Shown: piece by piece, positions 1-9,379 of the stretch
Layout: each line of letters opens with the position of its first letter
Numbering within the stretch: the first letter of the stretch is position 1
DNA from: a virus
Lineage: Duplodnaviria > Heunggongvirae > Uroviricota > Caudoviricetes
Strand: one strand, 5' to 3'
DNA: 61,816 bases
Virus record (IMG/VR): IMGVR_UViG_2740892042_000003
Made by a program: the position numbers and the translations under genes
The notes under the pieces: model-generated
Databases searched by the model: none
The model's input: the letters and a program-made list of their open reading frames with translations, nothing else
What the model was told of the DNA's origin: nothing

Positions 1-1143
1 CTATGCTGTTTTAATATCTACGATAACCCAGTCTTTACCACGATCATCATTGTATCGGTCGGTCATTTTTCTGGATTTATGACCTAACAACTTTTGCGTA
101 TCCAGACCCTGTTCCCGATATAACCGTTCTGACAGAGATCGCTGCTCATGAAATGTGGGCGCAGTTCCTTGCTCCCATTTTATGCCACATTTTTCCCGGG
201 CCTTTTTAAAAGCCGTTGTCAGAGTATTTGCAGAAACCTGGTCTCCTCTGTTTGCTTGAGAGGTAGTGTGACGGTAATGGACCAGATATTTACTAACAAC
301 AGCATCCCTGCACTGAGATATAACTTCACGAAGGGTAATATTCAGAGCATCGCATTTCAGGTTAAGCGGAATAGCAAGTTTTGAACCGGTTTTTTCCTGA
401 GTAATGTGCAACATGTCGTCCCATATATCAGAGAATTTCAAATTGCAGATATCGCCTAAACGTTGTCCAGTAACAAGAGCAAGTAGCATCCCGCATTTTA
501 AATAGGGCTGCCGTCTGCTTACGCTGTCAAATATTGCCTGCCATTCGGGCAGTGATAATCTTTGGCGGTTTACTCGATTTCGCGGTTGTTTTGTTGCCTG
601 CGCTGGGTTAAATCCTGGCGGAACATGTCCGGCGTGTTGTGCTTCTTTGAAGACGTCGATCAACACCATTCTCACGACTTGCGCCATCCTGTTATGACCT
701 TCAGCCTTTACAGCATCAATTATTTCGGCAATATCAAGTGCGGTAATATCCTTGAGGTGTTGCATTCCACAATGCTCACGGAAAAGACGAATGGGTTTGC
801 CTTTTTGCCGATAGGAGTTGGGTCTTAGTTCATTATGTTGCAGCCTGTCCTCCTGGATAGAAATATATTTATCAAGCCATTCTGTCACCGTAATGTCTGA
901 GCGCCTGCCTTTCATTCTTTCCAGACGCTCATTGACGCTTAATATTTGTCGGGTACGTTGTTCAGCAATAATGGTATTTGCTTCAGTAGCAACTTGTTTT
1001 GCTTCATTCTCATCAGTTCCTAAGCTATGAAAACGACCGGATAGTGGATGTTTGTATTGCCAATATACCTTTCCGGTTCGCTTATCTAATTTGCAATATA
1101 AATTGGGTATAGAGATTTTGTGAGATCGGGGTCTAGCAGCCAT
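1..1143 (-). CDS. int: lambda-family tyrosine integrase (DLP12 IntD-like)
   Basis: 380-aa ORF; C-terminus HEQRSLSERLY...LLGHKS...RYNDDRG matches lambda Int catalytic region; first gene of prophage left arm, overlapped by xis. Confidence 0.9.
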   Translation of the reverse strand: MAARPRSHKISIPNLYCKLDKRTGKVYWQYKHPLSGRFHSLGTDENEAKQVATEANTIIAEQRTRQILSVNERLERMKGRRSDITVTEWLDKYISIQEDRLQHNELRPNSYRQKGKPIRLFREHCGMQHLKDITALDIAEIIDAVKAEGHNRMAQVVRMVLIDVFKEAQHAGHVPPGFNPAQATKQPRNRVNRQRLSLPEWQAIFDSVSRRQPYLKCGMLLALVTGQRLGDICNLKFSDIWDDMLHITQEKTGSKLAIPLNLKCDALNITLREVISQCRDAVVSKYLVHYRHTTSQANRGDQVSANTLTTAFKKAREKCGIKWEQGTAPTFHEQRSLSERLYREQGLDTQKLLGHKSRKMTDRYNDDRGKDWVIVDIKTA

Positions 1144-1369
1144 CAGCGATTATCCGTTGGAGTTTTGGGTTTGCGTTTATTGGGAGTTGCGGTTCTGCAA
1201 GCGTTCCTACAAAACGGGAATTTCGGTCAATCATCCAGTAGCGACCAACTTTTATAGCGGGTGGGGCCATCATTTTCCCTTGCGCGTATTTTTTCAGAAC
1301 TCGCTCACTTGGTGCTAAGTCCCCAAATTCTTCTTTAGCCCAGTCCTGTAAAGTGATTAGTCGAGACAT
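1133..1369 (-). CDS. xis: excisionase
   Basis: 78-aa ORF overlapping int start by 11 nt; N-terminus LITLQDW resembles lambda Xis; int-xis synteny. Confidence 0.75.
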   Translation of the reverse strand: MSRLITLQDWAKEEFGDLAPSERVLKKYAQGKMMAPPAIKVGRYWMIDRNSRFVGTLAEPQLPINANPKLQRIIADGC

Positions 1370-1508
1370 TTGTCCTCCTCTTAGCTGCTGAGGGAGTTTG
1401 TGACCGATATATCTGACATGATATTAAGCTCATGGCAGGTACATCTCTTGACTGGTCATAGAGATAAATTTAATGCTGAGAAATGCAGTATTGAATTTAT
1501 CAATTTTT

Positions 1509-1748
1509 CTATTTCCTGCGTATGGCACGTAACTTCTTAATGTGTTCTGCCGTTTCGATCTCTTCTGCTATCCGATCTGCATCAGCTTTATTCACAGGTT
1601 CAAAGTCATGATTAAAGCGGAACATGCTGGCGATACATGTTCTGCCTTTTCGGATGTAGTGAACTTTGTTGTGGGTAGAACGCAGGATTCTGCAGGGAGT
1701 GCCGTGGTGGTCGACGTACCAGGTGTTAGGAAAAATGATTCTGAACAT
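1509..1748 (-). CDS. hypothetical early-left protein
   Basis: 79-aa ORF in the int-xis to exo interval, same strand as neighbours. Confidence 0.4.
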   Translation of the reverse strand: MFRIIFPNTWYVDHHGTPCRILRSTHNKVHYIRKGRTCIASMFRFNHDFEPVNKADADRIAEEIETAEHIKKLRAIRRK

Positions 1749-1795
1749 TTTTACACCTCAGTTGGACGATGTTGAAATTTACTGCTTTGAGGCCA

Positions 1796-2014
1796 TCACA
1801 GTCCCCATTGTTTGTTCTTAAGTTCGATCTCCTCCTGGCAACTTGCACAAGTCCGACAACCCTGAACAGCCAGGCGTCTTCGCTCATCTATCGGATCGCC
1901 ACATTCACAACAATGAGTTGCGGATACAGTCTGGTAGTTCAGACGACGCATTTTTATTGCTGTATTGCGCTGTAATTCTTCGATTTCTGATGCTGAATCA
2001 ATGATGTCTGCCAT
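1796..2014 (-). CDS. TraR/DksA-family C4 zinc-finger protein
   Basis: 72 aa with CxxC...CxxC (CCECGDPI...CRTCASC) arrangement typical of phage TraR-like proteins. Confidence 0.7.
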   Translation of the reverse strand: MADIIDSASEIEELQRNTAIKMRRLNYQTVSATHCCECGDPIDERRRLAVQGCRTCASCQEEIELKNKQWGL

Positions 2015-2112
2015 CTTTCATTAATCCCTGAATTGTTGGTTAATACGCTTGAGGGTGAATGCGAACAATAAAAAAGGAGCCTGTAGCTCCCTGATGATTT
2101 TGCTTTTCATGT

Positions 2113-2394
2113 TCACCGTTCCTTAAAGACGCCGTTTAACATGCCGATCGCCAGGCTTAAATGAGTCGGTGTGAATCCCATCAGCGTTACCGTTTCGCGG
2201 TGCTTCTTCAGTACGCTACGGCAAATGTCATCGACGTTTTTATCCGGAAACTGCTGTCTGGCTTTTTTGATTTCAGAATTAGCCTGACGGGCAATACTGC
2301 GAAGGGCGTTTTCTTGCTGAGGTGTCATTGAACAAGTCCCATGTCGGCAAGCATAAGCACACAGAATATGAAGCCCGCTGCCAGAAAAATGCAT
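2113..2394 (-). CDS. hypothetical protein (lambda orf61-like position)
   Basis: ORF in the lambda orf61 position; likely true start at internal MTPQQ. Confidence 0.4.
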   Translation of the reverse strand: MHFSGSGLHILCAYACRHGTCSMTPQQENALRSIARQANSEIKKARQQFPDKNVDDICRSVLKKHRETVTLMGFTPTHLSLAIGMLNGVFKER

Positions 2395-2404
2395 TCAGTG
2401 GTTG

Positions 2405-2596
2405 TCATACCTGGTCTCTCTCATCTGCTTCTGCTTTCGCCACCATCATTTCCAGCTTTTGTGAAAGGGATGTGGCTAACGTATGAAACTCTTCGTCTGT
2501 TTCTGCTGGTATTGGCACAAACCTGACTCCAATTTGAGCAAGGCTATGTGCCATCTCAATGCTCGTTCTTAACTCAACAGGAGATGCTTTGTGCAT
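2405..2596 (-). CDS. lambda orf63-like protein
   Basis: 63-aa ORF, sequence recalled as lambda orf63 ([23 protein letters not shown]...). Confidence 0.5.
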   Translation of the reverse strand: MHKASPVELRTSIEMAHSLAQIGVRFVPIPAETDEEFHTLATSLSQKLEMMVAKAEADERDQV

Positions 2597-2757
2597 ACAG
2601 CCCCTCGTTTATTATTTATCTCCTCAGCCAGCCGCTGGGCTTTCAGTGGATTTTGGATAACAGAAAGGCCGGGAAATACCCAGCCTCGCTTTGTAACGGA
2701 GTAGACGAAAGTGATCGCACCTCCCCGGATATTATCGTGAGGATGCTTCATCGCCAT
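2569..2757 (-). CDS. lambda orf60a-like protein
   Basis: 62-aa [14 protein letters not shown]... immediately upstream of exo as in lambda. Confidence 0.5.
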   Translation of the reverse strand: MAMKHPHDNIRGGAITFVYSVTKRGWVFPGLSVIQNPLKAQRLAEEINNKRGAVCTKHLLLS

Positions 2758-3428
2758 TGCTCCCCAAATACAAAACCAATTTCAGCCAGTGCCTCGTCCA
2801 TTTTTTCGATGAACTCCGGCACCATCTCGTCAAAACTCGCCATGTAATTTTCATCCCGCTCAACCACGACATAATGCAGGCCTTCACGCTTCATTCGTGG
2901 GTCATAGTTTGCAAAGTACCAGGCATCTTTTCGCGTCACCCACATGCTGTACTGCACCTGGGCCATGTAAGCCGACTTTATGGCCTCGAAACCACCGAGC
3001 CGGAATTTCATGAAATCCCGGGAGGTAAACGGGCATTTCAGTTCAAGGCCGTTGCCGTCACTGCATAAACCATCGGGAGAGCAGGCGGTGCGCATACTTT
3101 CGTCGCGATAGATGATCGGGGATTCAGTAACATTCACGCCGGAAGTGAACTCAAAGAGGGCTCTGGCGTCGTTCTCGTACTGTTTTCCCCAGGCCAGCGC
3201 CTTAGCGTTAACTTCCGGAGCCACACCGGTGCAAACCTCGGCAAGCAGGGTGTGGAAGTAGGACATTTTCATGTCAGGCCATTTCTTTCCGGAGCGGGGT
3301 TTTGCTATCACATTGTGAACTTCTGAAGCGGTGATGACGCCGAGCCGTAATTTGTGCCACGCATCATCCCCCTGTTCGACAGCTCTCACGTCGATCCCGG
3401 TACGCTGCAGGATAATGTCCGGTGTCAT
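2748..3428 (-). CDS. exo: lambda exonuclease (Red alpha)
   Basis: 226 aa, near-identical to lambda Exo ([40 protein letters not shown]...). Confidence 0.95.
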   Translation of the reverse strand: MTPDIILQRTGIDVRAVEQGDDAWHKLRLGVITASEVHNVIAKPRSGKKWPDMKMSYFHTLLAEVCTGVAPEVNAKALAWGKQYENDARALFEFTSGVNVTESPIIYRDESMRTACSPDGLCSDGNGLELKCPFTSRDFMKFRLGGFEAIKSAYMAQVQYSMWVTRKDAWYFANYDPRMKREGLHYVVVERDENYMASFDEMVPEFIEKMDEALAEIGFVFGEQWR

Positions 3429-4210
3429 GCAGCCACCTTCTGTTCAGAGGCTTTCTGTTTCAGGAATCCAAGAGCTTTCATTGCTTCGGCCTGTGTCAGT
3501 TCTGACGATGCGCGAATGTCGCGGCGAAATATCTGGGAACAGAGCGGCAATAAGTCGTCATCCCATGTTTTGTCCAGGGCAATCAGCATAGTGTTAATCT
3601 CCTGCATGGTTTCATCGTTAACCGGAGTGATGTCGCGTTCCGGCTGACGTTCTGCAGTGTATGCGGTATTTTCGACAATGCGCTCGGCTTCATCCTTGTC
3701 ATAGATACCAGCAAATCCGAAGGCCAGACGGGCACACTGAATCATGGCTTTATGCCGTAACATCCGTTTGGGATGCGACTGCCACGGCCCCGTGATTTCT
3801 CTGCCTTCGCGGGTTTTGAATGGTTCGCGGCGGCATTCATCCATCCACTCGGTAACGCAGATCGGATGATTGCGGTCCTTGCGGTAAATCCGGCATGTGC
3901 AGGATTCATTGTCCTGCTCAAAGTCCATACCATCAAACTGCTGGTTTTCATTGATGATGCGGGACCAGCCATCAACGCCCACCACCGGAACGATGCCGTT
4001 CTGCTTATCAGGGAAGGCGTAAATTTCTTTCGTCCACGGATTAAGGCCGTACTGGTTGGCGACGATCAACAATGCGATGAACTGCGCATCGCTGGCATCA
4101 CCTTTAAATGCCGTCTGGCGAAGAGTGGTGATCAGTTCCTGTGGGTCGACAGAATCCATGCCGACACGTTCAGCCAGCTTCCCTGCCAGCGTTGCGAGTG
4201 CTGTACTCAT
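3425..4210 (-). CDS. bet: Red beta single-strand annealing protein
   Basis: 261 aa, near-identical to lambda Bet; 4-nt overlap with exo. Confidence 0.95.
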   Translation of the reverse strand: MSTALATLAGKLAERVGMDSVDPQELITTLRQTAFKGDASDAQFIALLIVANQYGLNPWTKEIYAFPDKQNGIVPVVGVDGWSRIINENQQFDGMDFEQDNESCTCRIYRKDRNHPICVTEWMDECRREPFKTREGREITGPWQSHPKRMLRHKAMIQCARLAFGFAGIYDKDEAERIVENTAYTAERQPERDITPVNDETMQEINTMLIALDKTWDDDLLPLCSQIFRRDIRASSELTQAEAMKALGFLKQKASEQKVAA

Positions 4211-4215
4211 CCGTT

Positions 4216-4512
4216 TTATACCTCTGAATCAATATCAACCTGGTGGCGGGCAATAGTTTCAACCATGTACCGGATGTGTTCTGCCATGCGTTCCTGAAAC
4301 TCAACATCGTCATCAAACGCACGGGTAATGGCTTTTTTGCTGGCCCCGTGGCGTTGCAAATGATCGATGCATAGCGATTCAAACAGGTGCTGGGGCAGGC
4401 CTTTTTCCATGTCGTCTGCCAGTTCTGCCTCTTTCTCTTCACGGGCGATCTGCTGGTAGTGACGCGCCCAGCTCTGAGCCTCAAGACGATCCTGAATGTA
4501 ATAAGCGTTCAT
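4216..4512 (-). CDS. gam: Gam (RecBCD inhibitor), short form
   Basis: 98 aa matching the C-terminal 98 residues of lambda Gam ([21 protein letters not shown]...). Confidence 0.9.
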   Translation of the reverse strand: MNAYYIQDRLEAQSWARHYQQIAREEKEAELADDMEKGLPQHLFESLCIDHLQRHGASKKAITRAFDDDVEFQERMAEHIRYMVETIARHQVDIDSEV

Positions 4513-4587
4513 GGCTGAACTCCTGAAAATGGCTGTGAAAATATCGCCCGCGAAATGCCTGGCTGATTAGGAAAACAGGAAAGGGGA

Positions 4588-4830
4588 TTAGTGATTCAGG
4601 CCGTTACCGCGTCCGTCGAGAAAAACTTCTACGAGCAAATCACGGGTATAAGTGCGCTCGATGCCGCGATGCAGATAAAGCCGTCCGCGTAAATTAGCTG
4701 ATGCAGTCCAGGTACCATCTTTGTGTTTGACCAGCATTCCTGGCATGACCGCACCTCGATTAACGGTCTGCGTTCCGTAATGTTGATGAACCATAAAAAA
4801 CTCCTGCCCGTAAGCTGGGCTGCTGAACAT
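4588..4830 (-). CDS. hypothetical protein in kil position
   Basis: 80-aa ORF directly downstream of gam on the same strand; identity not recognised. Confidence 0.4.
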   Translation of the reverse strand: MFSSPAYGQEFFMVHQHYGTQTVNRGAVMPGMLVKHKDGTWTASANLRGRLYLHRGIERTYTRDLLVEVFLDGRGNGLNH

Positions 4831-5240
4831 ATTGAGACTTCTGCGCGTATTCAGGCGGTGGATGGCCGCCGGTTGTCATAACTAAGTCGCCTCGTTGAAG
4901 CGACTGAGGTATGAAGTGTTGAGTTGATTTCAGCTGGTCATACCGACGTTCACGCGTCCGCTTCACCCCTCGCACTCCCCGGAGCCTGCTGAAATTCAAG
5001 CTGCGGATCTAAGCGGTCATCGCAACGGTGAATCAGGTGGTTGCCGTATCGTTGTGTTGTTGCGATATGGTGATAATAGCTATTGCTATTGGTGATATCA
5101 ATACTTATCGCTATTGGCTGATGTGTTTTGATATTAAATGTTTGATAGCAAAAAGAATTAATTTTGTGACTTGCATCGCATAGCGATAACTGAAGCGGGG
5201 GTTATGGTGGTTTTTCGAACGGTTTGTGTGATGAGGGGGA

Positions 5241-5270
5241 GGCAAAAGAAAACCCGGCACGGTGGCCGGG
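5241..5270 (-). terminator. rho-independent terminator ending the repressor operon
   Basis: 6-bp GC stem cccggc/gccggg (5253-5270) with adjacent A-run on plus strand (U-tract on minus) immediately 3' of the 310-aa ORF. Confidence 0.55.
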
Positions 5271-5278
5271 TAGCATCA

Positions 5279-6211
5279 CTATTCGATTTTTTTAACCATG
5301 TAGTTACGTCGTGATGTTCCTAATCTTTCATTGTGAATCTCAGAAACGCTTACTACGAGCGATATTCGTTCACCAACTTTATATTTACTTTGAATTTCTC
5401 CTAACATATCAATCGGATAAGAAGCCTTTATTTTTCCAAGCTCGCTTGCAATCTCCAATTTCCCGTACATGGATAAAATAGCAAGTTCGCCTGATATATG
5501 CTCATCCGGTAGCTGAATGACCTTCGTTAAAGCTAAGCGAGCATTCAGTTTTTTTATATCTTCTGAAGAAATTGACACTTGTCTGGTACCATCACTTAAA
5601 GGTCCAATCCAAGTAAGATCAAAGTTAAGACTATATTTTTCGCACTCATTTATGATGTTTTTTAGGTTAGCTGTTGATTGCGAACCAATTTCGGCAATTT
5701 TAGCCGTGAATGTTTCTTCATCAATGGATGAGAGTAGTGCAAAAATCTCCTTAACAGCATGACTGGATACTGTTTCGATGAGCTCGCAAGAACCAGTAGA
5801 AAAAGTAACACCTAACTTCGTCGAACCTGGACGCAAGTCTGCCAATCTCATGTCTAATGATTTTTTAACATCAATCGGCACACGACTAGAATCTTTCCCA
5901 GATCCAAGTCGGTAAACTGCTTTCTGTACAAGGGATGCGAGATTACCTGAAATTACAGATAGAATATCTAACGGAATAGACCCGAAATCGACCAAAACAC
6001 CTTTTAATCTCAACTCCATGAAATCACGTAAAGGATGTTGGTTATCGATTGCACGTTGTCTCTCTCGGAGATCGCTCAGATGGGAGTCAAGTGATCTAAA
6101 TATAATGTCATCAGCAAATGATCTCCCCTTATTTTGAGCAAGCAGATCCACATCGCGTTGAATGAACGCAATTCGCTCCTTGAGGGAGTTGAATGTTTTT
6201 TCTTCGCTCAT
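5279..6211 (-). CDS. hypothetical 310-aa protein, distal gene of repressor-linked two-gene operon
   Basis: long ORF, no recognised domain; start ATG overlaps stop of upstream ORF (ATGA); followed by terminator. Confidence 0.7.
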   Translation of the reverse strand: MSEEKTFNSLKERIAFIQRDVDLLAQNKGRSFADDIIFRSLDSHLSDLRERQRAIDNQHPLRDFMELRLKGVLVDFGSIPLDILSVISGNLASLVQKAVYRLGSGKDSSRVPIDVKKSLDMRLADLRPGSTKLGVTFSTGSCELIETVSSHAVKEIFALLSSIDEETFTAKIAEIGSQSTANLKNIINECEKYSLNFDLTWIGPLSDGTRQVSISSEDIKKLNARLALTKVIQLPDEHISGELAILSMYGKLEIASELGKIKASYPIDMLGEIQSKYKVGERISLVVSVSEIHNERLGTSRRNYMVKKIE

Positions 6212-6681
6212 AACATTACCCTCACGAGGCCTTTAGGATTCTCCTTCCGATCAAAACCAAACCACCCTCTCCAGTAACTTCGCCTTTCACTATAATCGAT
6301 TTCTGGATGATTTTCAGGCAGCAAAAGAACGTCAATGCTGTAGTTTTCTTTAATAAAATCTCTATTTAACAATGAGCTAACCAATGGCATCAGCGTGTTT
6401 GGCAAAGAGTTTAGGGCCAAATAATCGACGACCACGAGTATATCTATGTCATCAGGTTCAGGTTTCTCTGTAGTGAATGAACCATCGATCCACACTTCAG
6501 AGAAACATAGACACTGCTGATTAACAAGTTTAAATTGCTCAATAAGCTGTATAAAATTACAGTATAGCATACTTCTTCTAACGGATTTTGGGAAGGTGTC
6601 GACACAAAGAGACTTGATGCCATCACTATCCATATCATGAAATCCTGCTGTAAGAAGAGGTGGGAAGCTAGGCTTTTCCAT
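6208..6681 (-). CDS. minimal nucleotidyltransferase-like protein (Pol-beta superfamily motif)
   Basis: 157 aa with WIDGSF...PEPDDIDILVVVD...YSIDVLLL, fitting the GS-x(n)-DhD plus third acidic strand pattern of MNT/SMODS-type NTases; AAGGA RBS upstream; 81 bp downstream of repressor. Confidence 0.7.
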   Translation of the reverse strand: MEKPSFPPLLTAGFHDMDSDGIKSLCVDTFPKSVRRSMLYCNFIQLIEQFKLVNQQCLCFSEVWIDGSFTTEKPEPDDIDILVVVDYLALNSLPNTLMPLVSSLLNRDFIKENYSIDVLLLPENHPEIDYSERRSYWRGWFGFDRKENPKGLVRVML

Positions 6682-6762
6682 CCTAAGTCCTTGTTTATGC
6701 CATATAGCGTTCTATTTAATATTCTTGAAAAGAGTGTGCCTTAAAAAGCTACAGGCTAATTA

Positions 6763-7491
6763 TTAACCATGCTTCCTGTACGTCTGCGGCATGCTCCCAA
6801 TAACCTTACCGAAGATGAACACCCGGTTCATCTCGTCTTTCTCGATCGGGTCCCACGGTGAGTAGCTCTTGTTATCAGAGATAACCAGTAGCTTATCTTT
6901 CATCATTTGCAGGCGCTTTACATGGGCTGTGTCGTCGTACAGAAACGCATAGATACCATCACCGTCGAAAGATTTAACCGTGATATCAACGAACAGCAGA
7001 TCACCTGGTTCGATCGTTCCTGACATGCTGTCACCACGCACGTTAATGATGCGGATATTTTCCGCCTTCCTGCCATCGAACATGTGACGAGCATCGTCAA
7101 ACGAGTACTCAACCGAGCGTAGAACTTCTACAAACTCACGGTTGATTACACCCGGCCCGGCACTGACTTCTATATCAAGAACGTCAATTTTGAAGTATTT
7201 GGAATGGCTGACAGCAGGCTTCCCTGATTGTTGACCGTCATTTCTCATCGGGCCTATGCCTGATGAGAGCCATTCTGTTCGAACACCCAATGCATTAGCT
7301 ATTTCAACAATTTTTGTTGAGCCGCGCGCGTTGCCGCTTGTCAGTCTCCAGATTGTGGGTTGAGCTACGCCAGACGCCTTTGCAAGAGCGCCTTGAGACA
7401 TTCCAGATTGTTCCATCGCTAGGTTTAAGCGATCAGCAAGAGTTTCTTTTTTCATAAGTTTTAATTTATACGCTTGCGTATTGATGGTCAA
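6763..7491 (-). CDS. CI-type repressor (HTH plus S24 LexA-like autopeptidase)
   Basis: N-terminal HTH (MSQGALAKASGVAQPTIWRL), C-terminal GDSMSGTIEPGD with downstream KRL; divergent from cro-like gene; start may be internal ATG at 7455. Confidence 0.85.
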   Translation of the reverse strand: MTINTQAYKLKLMKKETLADRLNLAMEQSGMSQGALAKASGVAQPTIWRLTSGNARGSTKIVEIANALGVRTEWLSSGIGPMRNDGQQSGKPAVSHSKYFKIDVLDIEVSAGPGVINREFVEVLRSVEYSFDDARHMFDGRKAENIRIINVRGDSMSGTIEPGDLLFVDITVKSFDGDGIYAFLYDDTAHVKRLQMMKDKLLVISDNKSYSPWDPIEKDEMNRVFIFGKVIGSMPQTYRKHG

Positions 7492-7531
7492 AACACGTTT
7501 TGCTATTGCTTGGATTAATACGCATTGCTAT
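7468..7531. promoter_or_regulatory. operator/promoter region between repressor and cro
   Basis: palindrome atacgcttgcgtat (7468-7481) and related atacgcattgctat (7518-7531) in the divergent intergenic region. Confidence 0.5.
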
Positions 7532-7559
7532 TATTCATTCATTGCAATACCAGTAGGAA

Positions 7560-7793
7560 TTGATAATGACAAATCAAACCATTCAACTCGCAATCAGTAT
7601 TACAGGTAGTCAAAAACGACTGGCAGATCTATGCGGTGTAGCCCAACCCACTGTTTGGCGTTGGCTACACGGTGGCGGAATTGATGCCCGCTATGTAATG
7701 AAAATTGTCTCAGCCACTGGTGGAAAGATTAAACCAGCAGATATTCGTCCCGACCTCGCACCATTGTTTAACGCGAGTAATTCTGCCGCCTAA
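7560..7793 (+). CDS. Cro/YdaS-like HTH regulator
   Basis: 77 aa, HTH (QKRLADLCGVAQPTVWRW), divergently transcribed from repressor. Confidence 0.75.
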   Translation: MIMTNQTIQLAISITGSQKRLADLCGVAQPTVWRWLHGGGIDARYVMKIVSATGGKIKPADIRPDLAPLFNASNSAA

Positions 7794-7817
7794 ACTGCGG
7801 CGTTAACTGATAAGGCA

Positions 7818-8363
7818 ATGACTATGCAACCACTTACATACCAACAGACTAGCGGATTTATCCCGACTGCGGTGATAAATCGTTCTCAAATAAAACAGGT
7901 GCCAGGCCACGAAAAAATCCGTGATGCCATCCGCGCCTGGTCGGCTGTAGATAATCAGGATGTCGTTGCCGCACTCATTGTGAATGAGTATCGAGCACAG
8001 GGCGGCGGCACTATCGATTTTCCTGATGATGTCAGTCGTGCACGCCAGAAGCTGTTCCGCTTTCTCGATAACAAATTCGATTCTGAAAAATACCGAAATA
8101 ACGTGCGTGAACTGACTCCAGCAATTCTGGCAGTACTACCGCTGAAATATCGCGGCCACCTGGTTGAGCAGGATAGCTTCATGGCTCGGCTGGCTGAAAT
8201 GGAAAAGGAACTCAGTGAGGCAAAACAGGCTGTCATTCTCAACGCACCACGCCACCAGAAACTGAAGGAGATGAGTGAAGGCATTGTGTCGATGTTTCGT
8301 GTGGACCCGGATTTGGCTGGTCCACTGATGGCGATGGTCACCACCATGCTGGGGGCAATATGA
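7818..8363 (+). CDS. hypothetical protein in cII position
   Basis: 181-aa ORF between cro-like gene and O; no recognised domain. Confidence 0.45.
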   Translation: MTMQPLTYQQTSGFIPTAVINRSQIKQVPGHEKIRDAIRAWSAVDNQDVVAALIVNEYRAQGGGTIDFPDDVSRARQKLFRFLDNKFDSEKYRNNVRELTPAILAVLPLKYRGHLVEQDSFMARLAEMEKELSEAKQAVILNAPRHQKLKEMSEGIVSMFRVDPDLAGPLMAMVTTMLGAI

Positions 8364-8449
8364 CAGGTTCAGAAATGGCGAAAGCCGGTCTGCGCGAACA
8401 GAACCGACTTTCAGGTGCAAATCGTAACACACTCATTGCGGGAGGAATT

Positions 8450-9379
8450 ATGGCAAACACTGCTGAGATATTCAATTTTCCAGTGCCGGATGTGGCACAA
8501 AAGGAGCCGCGCGTGGCAGATCTCGATGATGGTTATACGCGCATTGCAAATGAGTTGCTGGAAGCTGTGATGCTGGCCGGATTAACACAGCACCAGCTTC
8601 TGGTCTTCCTGGCTGTCATGCGCAAAACATATGGCTTTAATAAAAAACTGGATTGGGTGAGCAACGAGCAACTTTCCGAATTGACCGGGATATTGCCGCA
8701 CAAGTGTTCTGCTGCAAAAAGCGTTCTGGTAAAGCGTGGGATTCTTATTCAGAGCGGGCGGAATATCGGCATTAATAATGTGGTCAGTGAATGGTCAACA
8801 TTACCCGAATCAGGTAAGAAAAATAAAGTTTACCTGAAAGAGGTAAATTTACCTGAATCAGGTAAGAAAAGTTTACCCAAATCAGGTAAAGGCGTTTACC
8901 CGAATCAGGTAAACACAAAAGACAAACTAACAAAAGACAATATAAAACCTTTTTCGTCCGAGAATTCTGGCGAATCCTCTGACCAACCAGAAAACGATCT
9001 TCCTGTGGAGAAGCCAGATGCTGCAATTCAGAGCGGCAGCAGGTGGGGGACAGCAGAAGACCTGACCGCCGCAGAGTGGATGTTTGACATGGTGAAGACC
9101 ATCGCGCCATCAGCCAGAAAACCGAATTTTGCAGGGTGGGCTAACGATATCCGCCTGATGCGTGAACGTGACGGACGTAACCACCGCGACATGTGCGTGC
9201 TGTTCCGCTGGGCATGCCAGGACAACTTTTGGTCTGGTAACGTGCTGAGCCCGGCCAAACTTCGCGACAAGTGGACCCAACTCGAAATCAACCGTAACAA
9301 ACAACAGGCTGGCGTGACAGCCGGAAAACCAAAACTCGACCTGACAAACACAGACTGGATTTACGGGGTGGATCTATGA
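8450..9379 (+). CDS. O: replication initiator O-like protein
   Basis: ATG at 8450 preceded by GGAGG; contains in-gene iterons; followed by P with 4-nt overlap; C-terminus resembles lambda O P-binding region. Confidence 0.8.
   Translation: MANTAEIFNFPVPDVAQKEPRVADLDDGYTRIANELLEAVMLAGLTQHQLLVFLAVMRKTYGFNKKLDWVSNEQLSELTGILPHKCSAAKSVLVKRGILIQSGRNIGINNVVSEWSTLPESGKKNKVYLKEVNLPESGKKSLPKSGKGVYPNQVNTKDKLTKDNIKPFSSENSGESSDQPENDLPVEKPDAAIQSGSRWGTAEDLTAAEWMFDMVKTIAPSARKPNFAGWANDIRLMRERDGRNHRDMCVLFRWACQDNFWSGNVLSPAKLRDKWTQLEINRNKQQAGVTAGKPKLDLTNTDWIYGVDL
8803..8910 (+). repeat. replication origin iterons inside O
   Basis: four copies of palindromic core acc[c/t][g/a]aatcaggt at 8803, 8851, 8875, 8898 plus one degenerate copy. 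Confidence 0.65.

Noticed and set aside
3773-4297. 174-aa plus-strand ORF
   Set aside because: Antisense to bet and gam, both lambda-identical
4760-4999. 79-aa minus-strand ORF as an N-like antiterminator
   Set aside because: Overlaps the 4588-4830 ORF in another frame; Pro/Gly-rich with no Arg-rich motif
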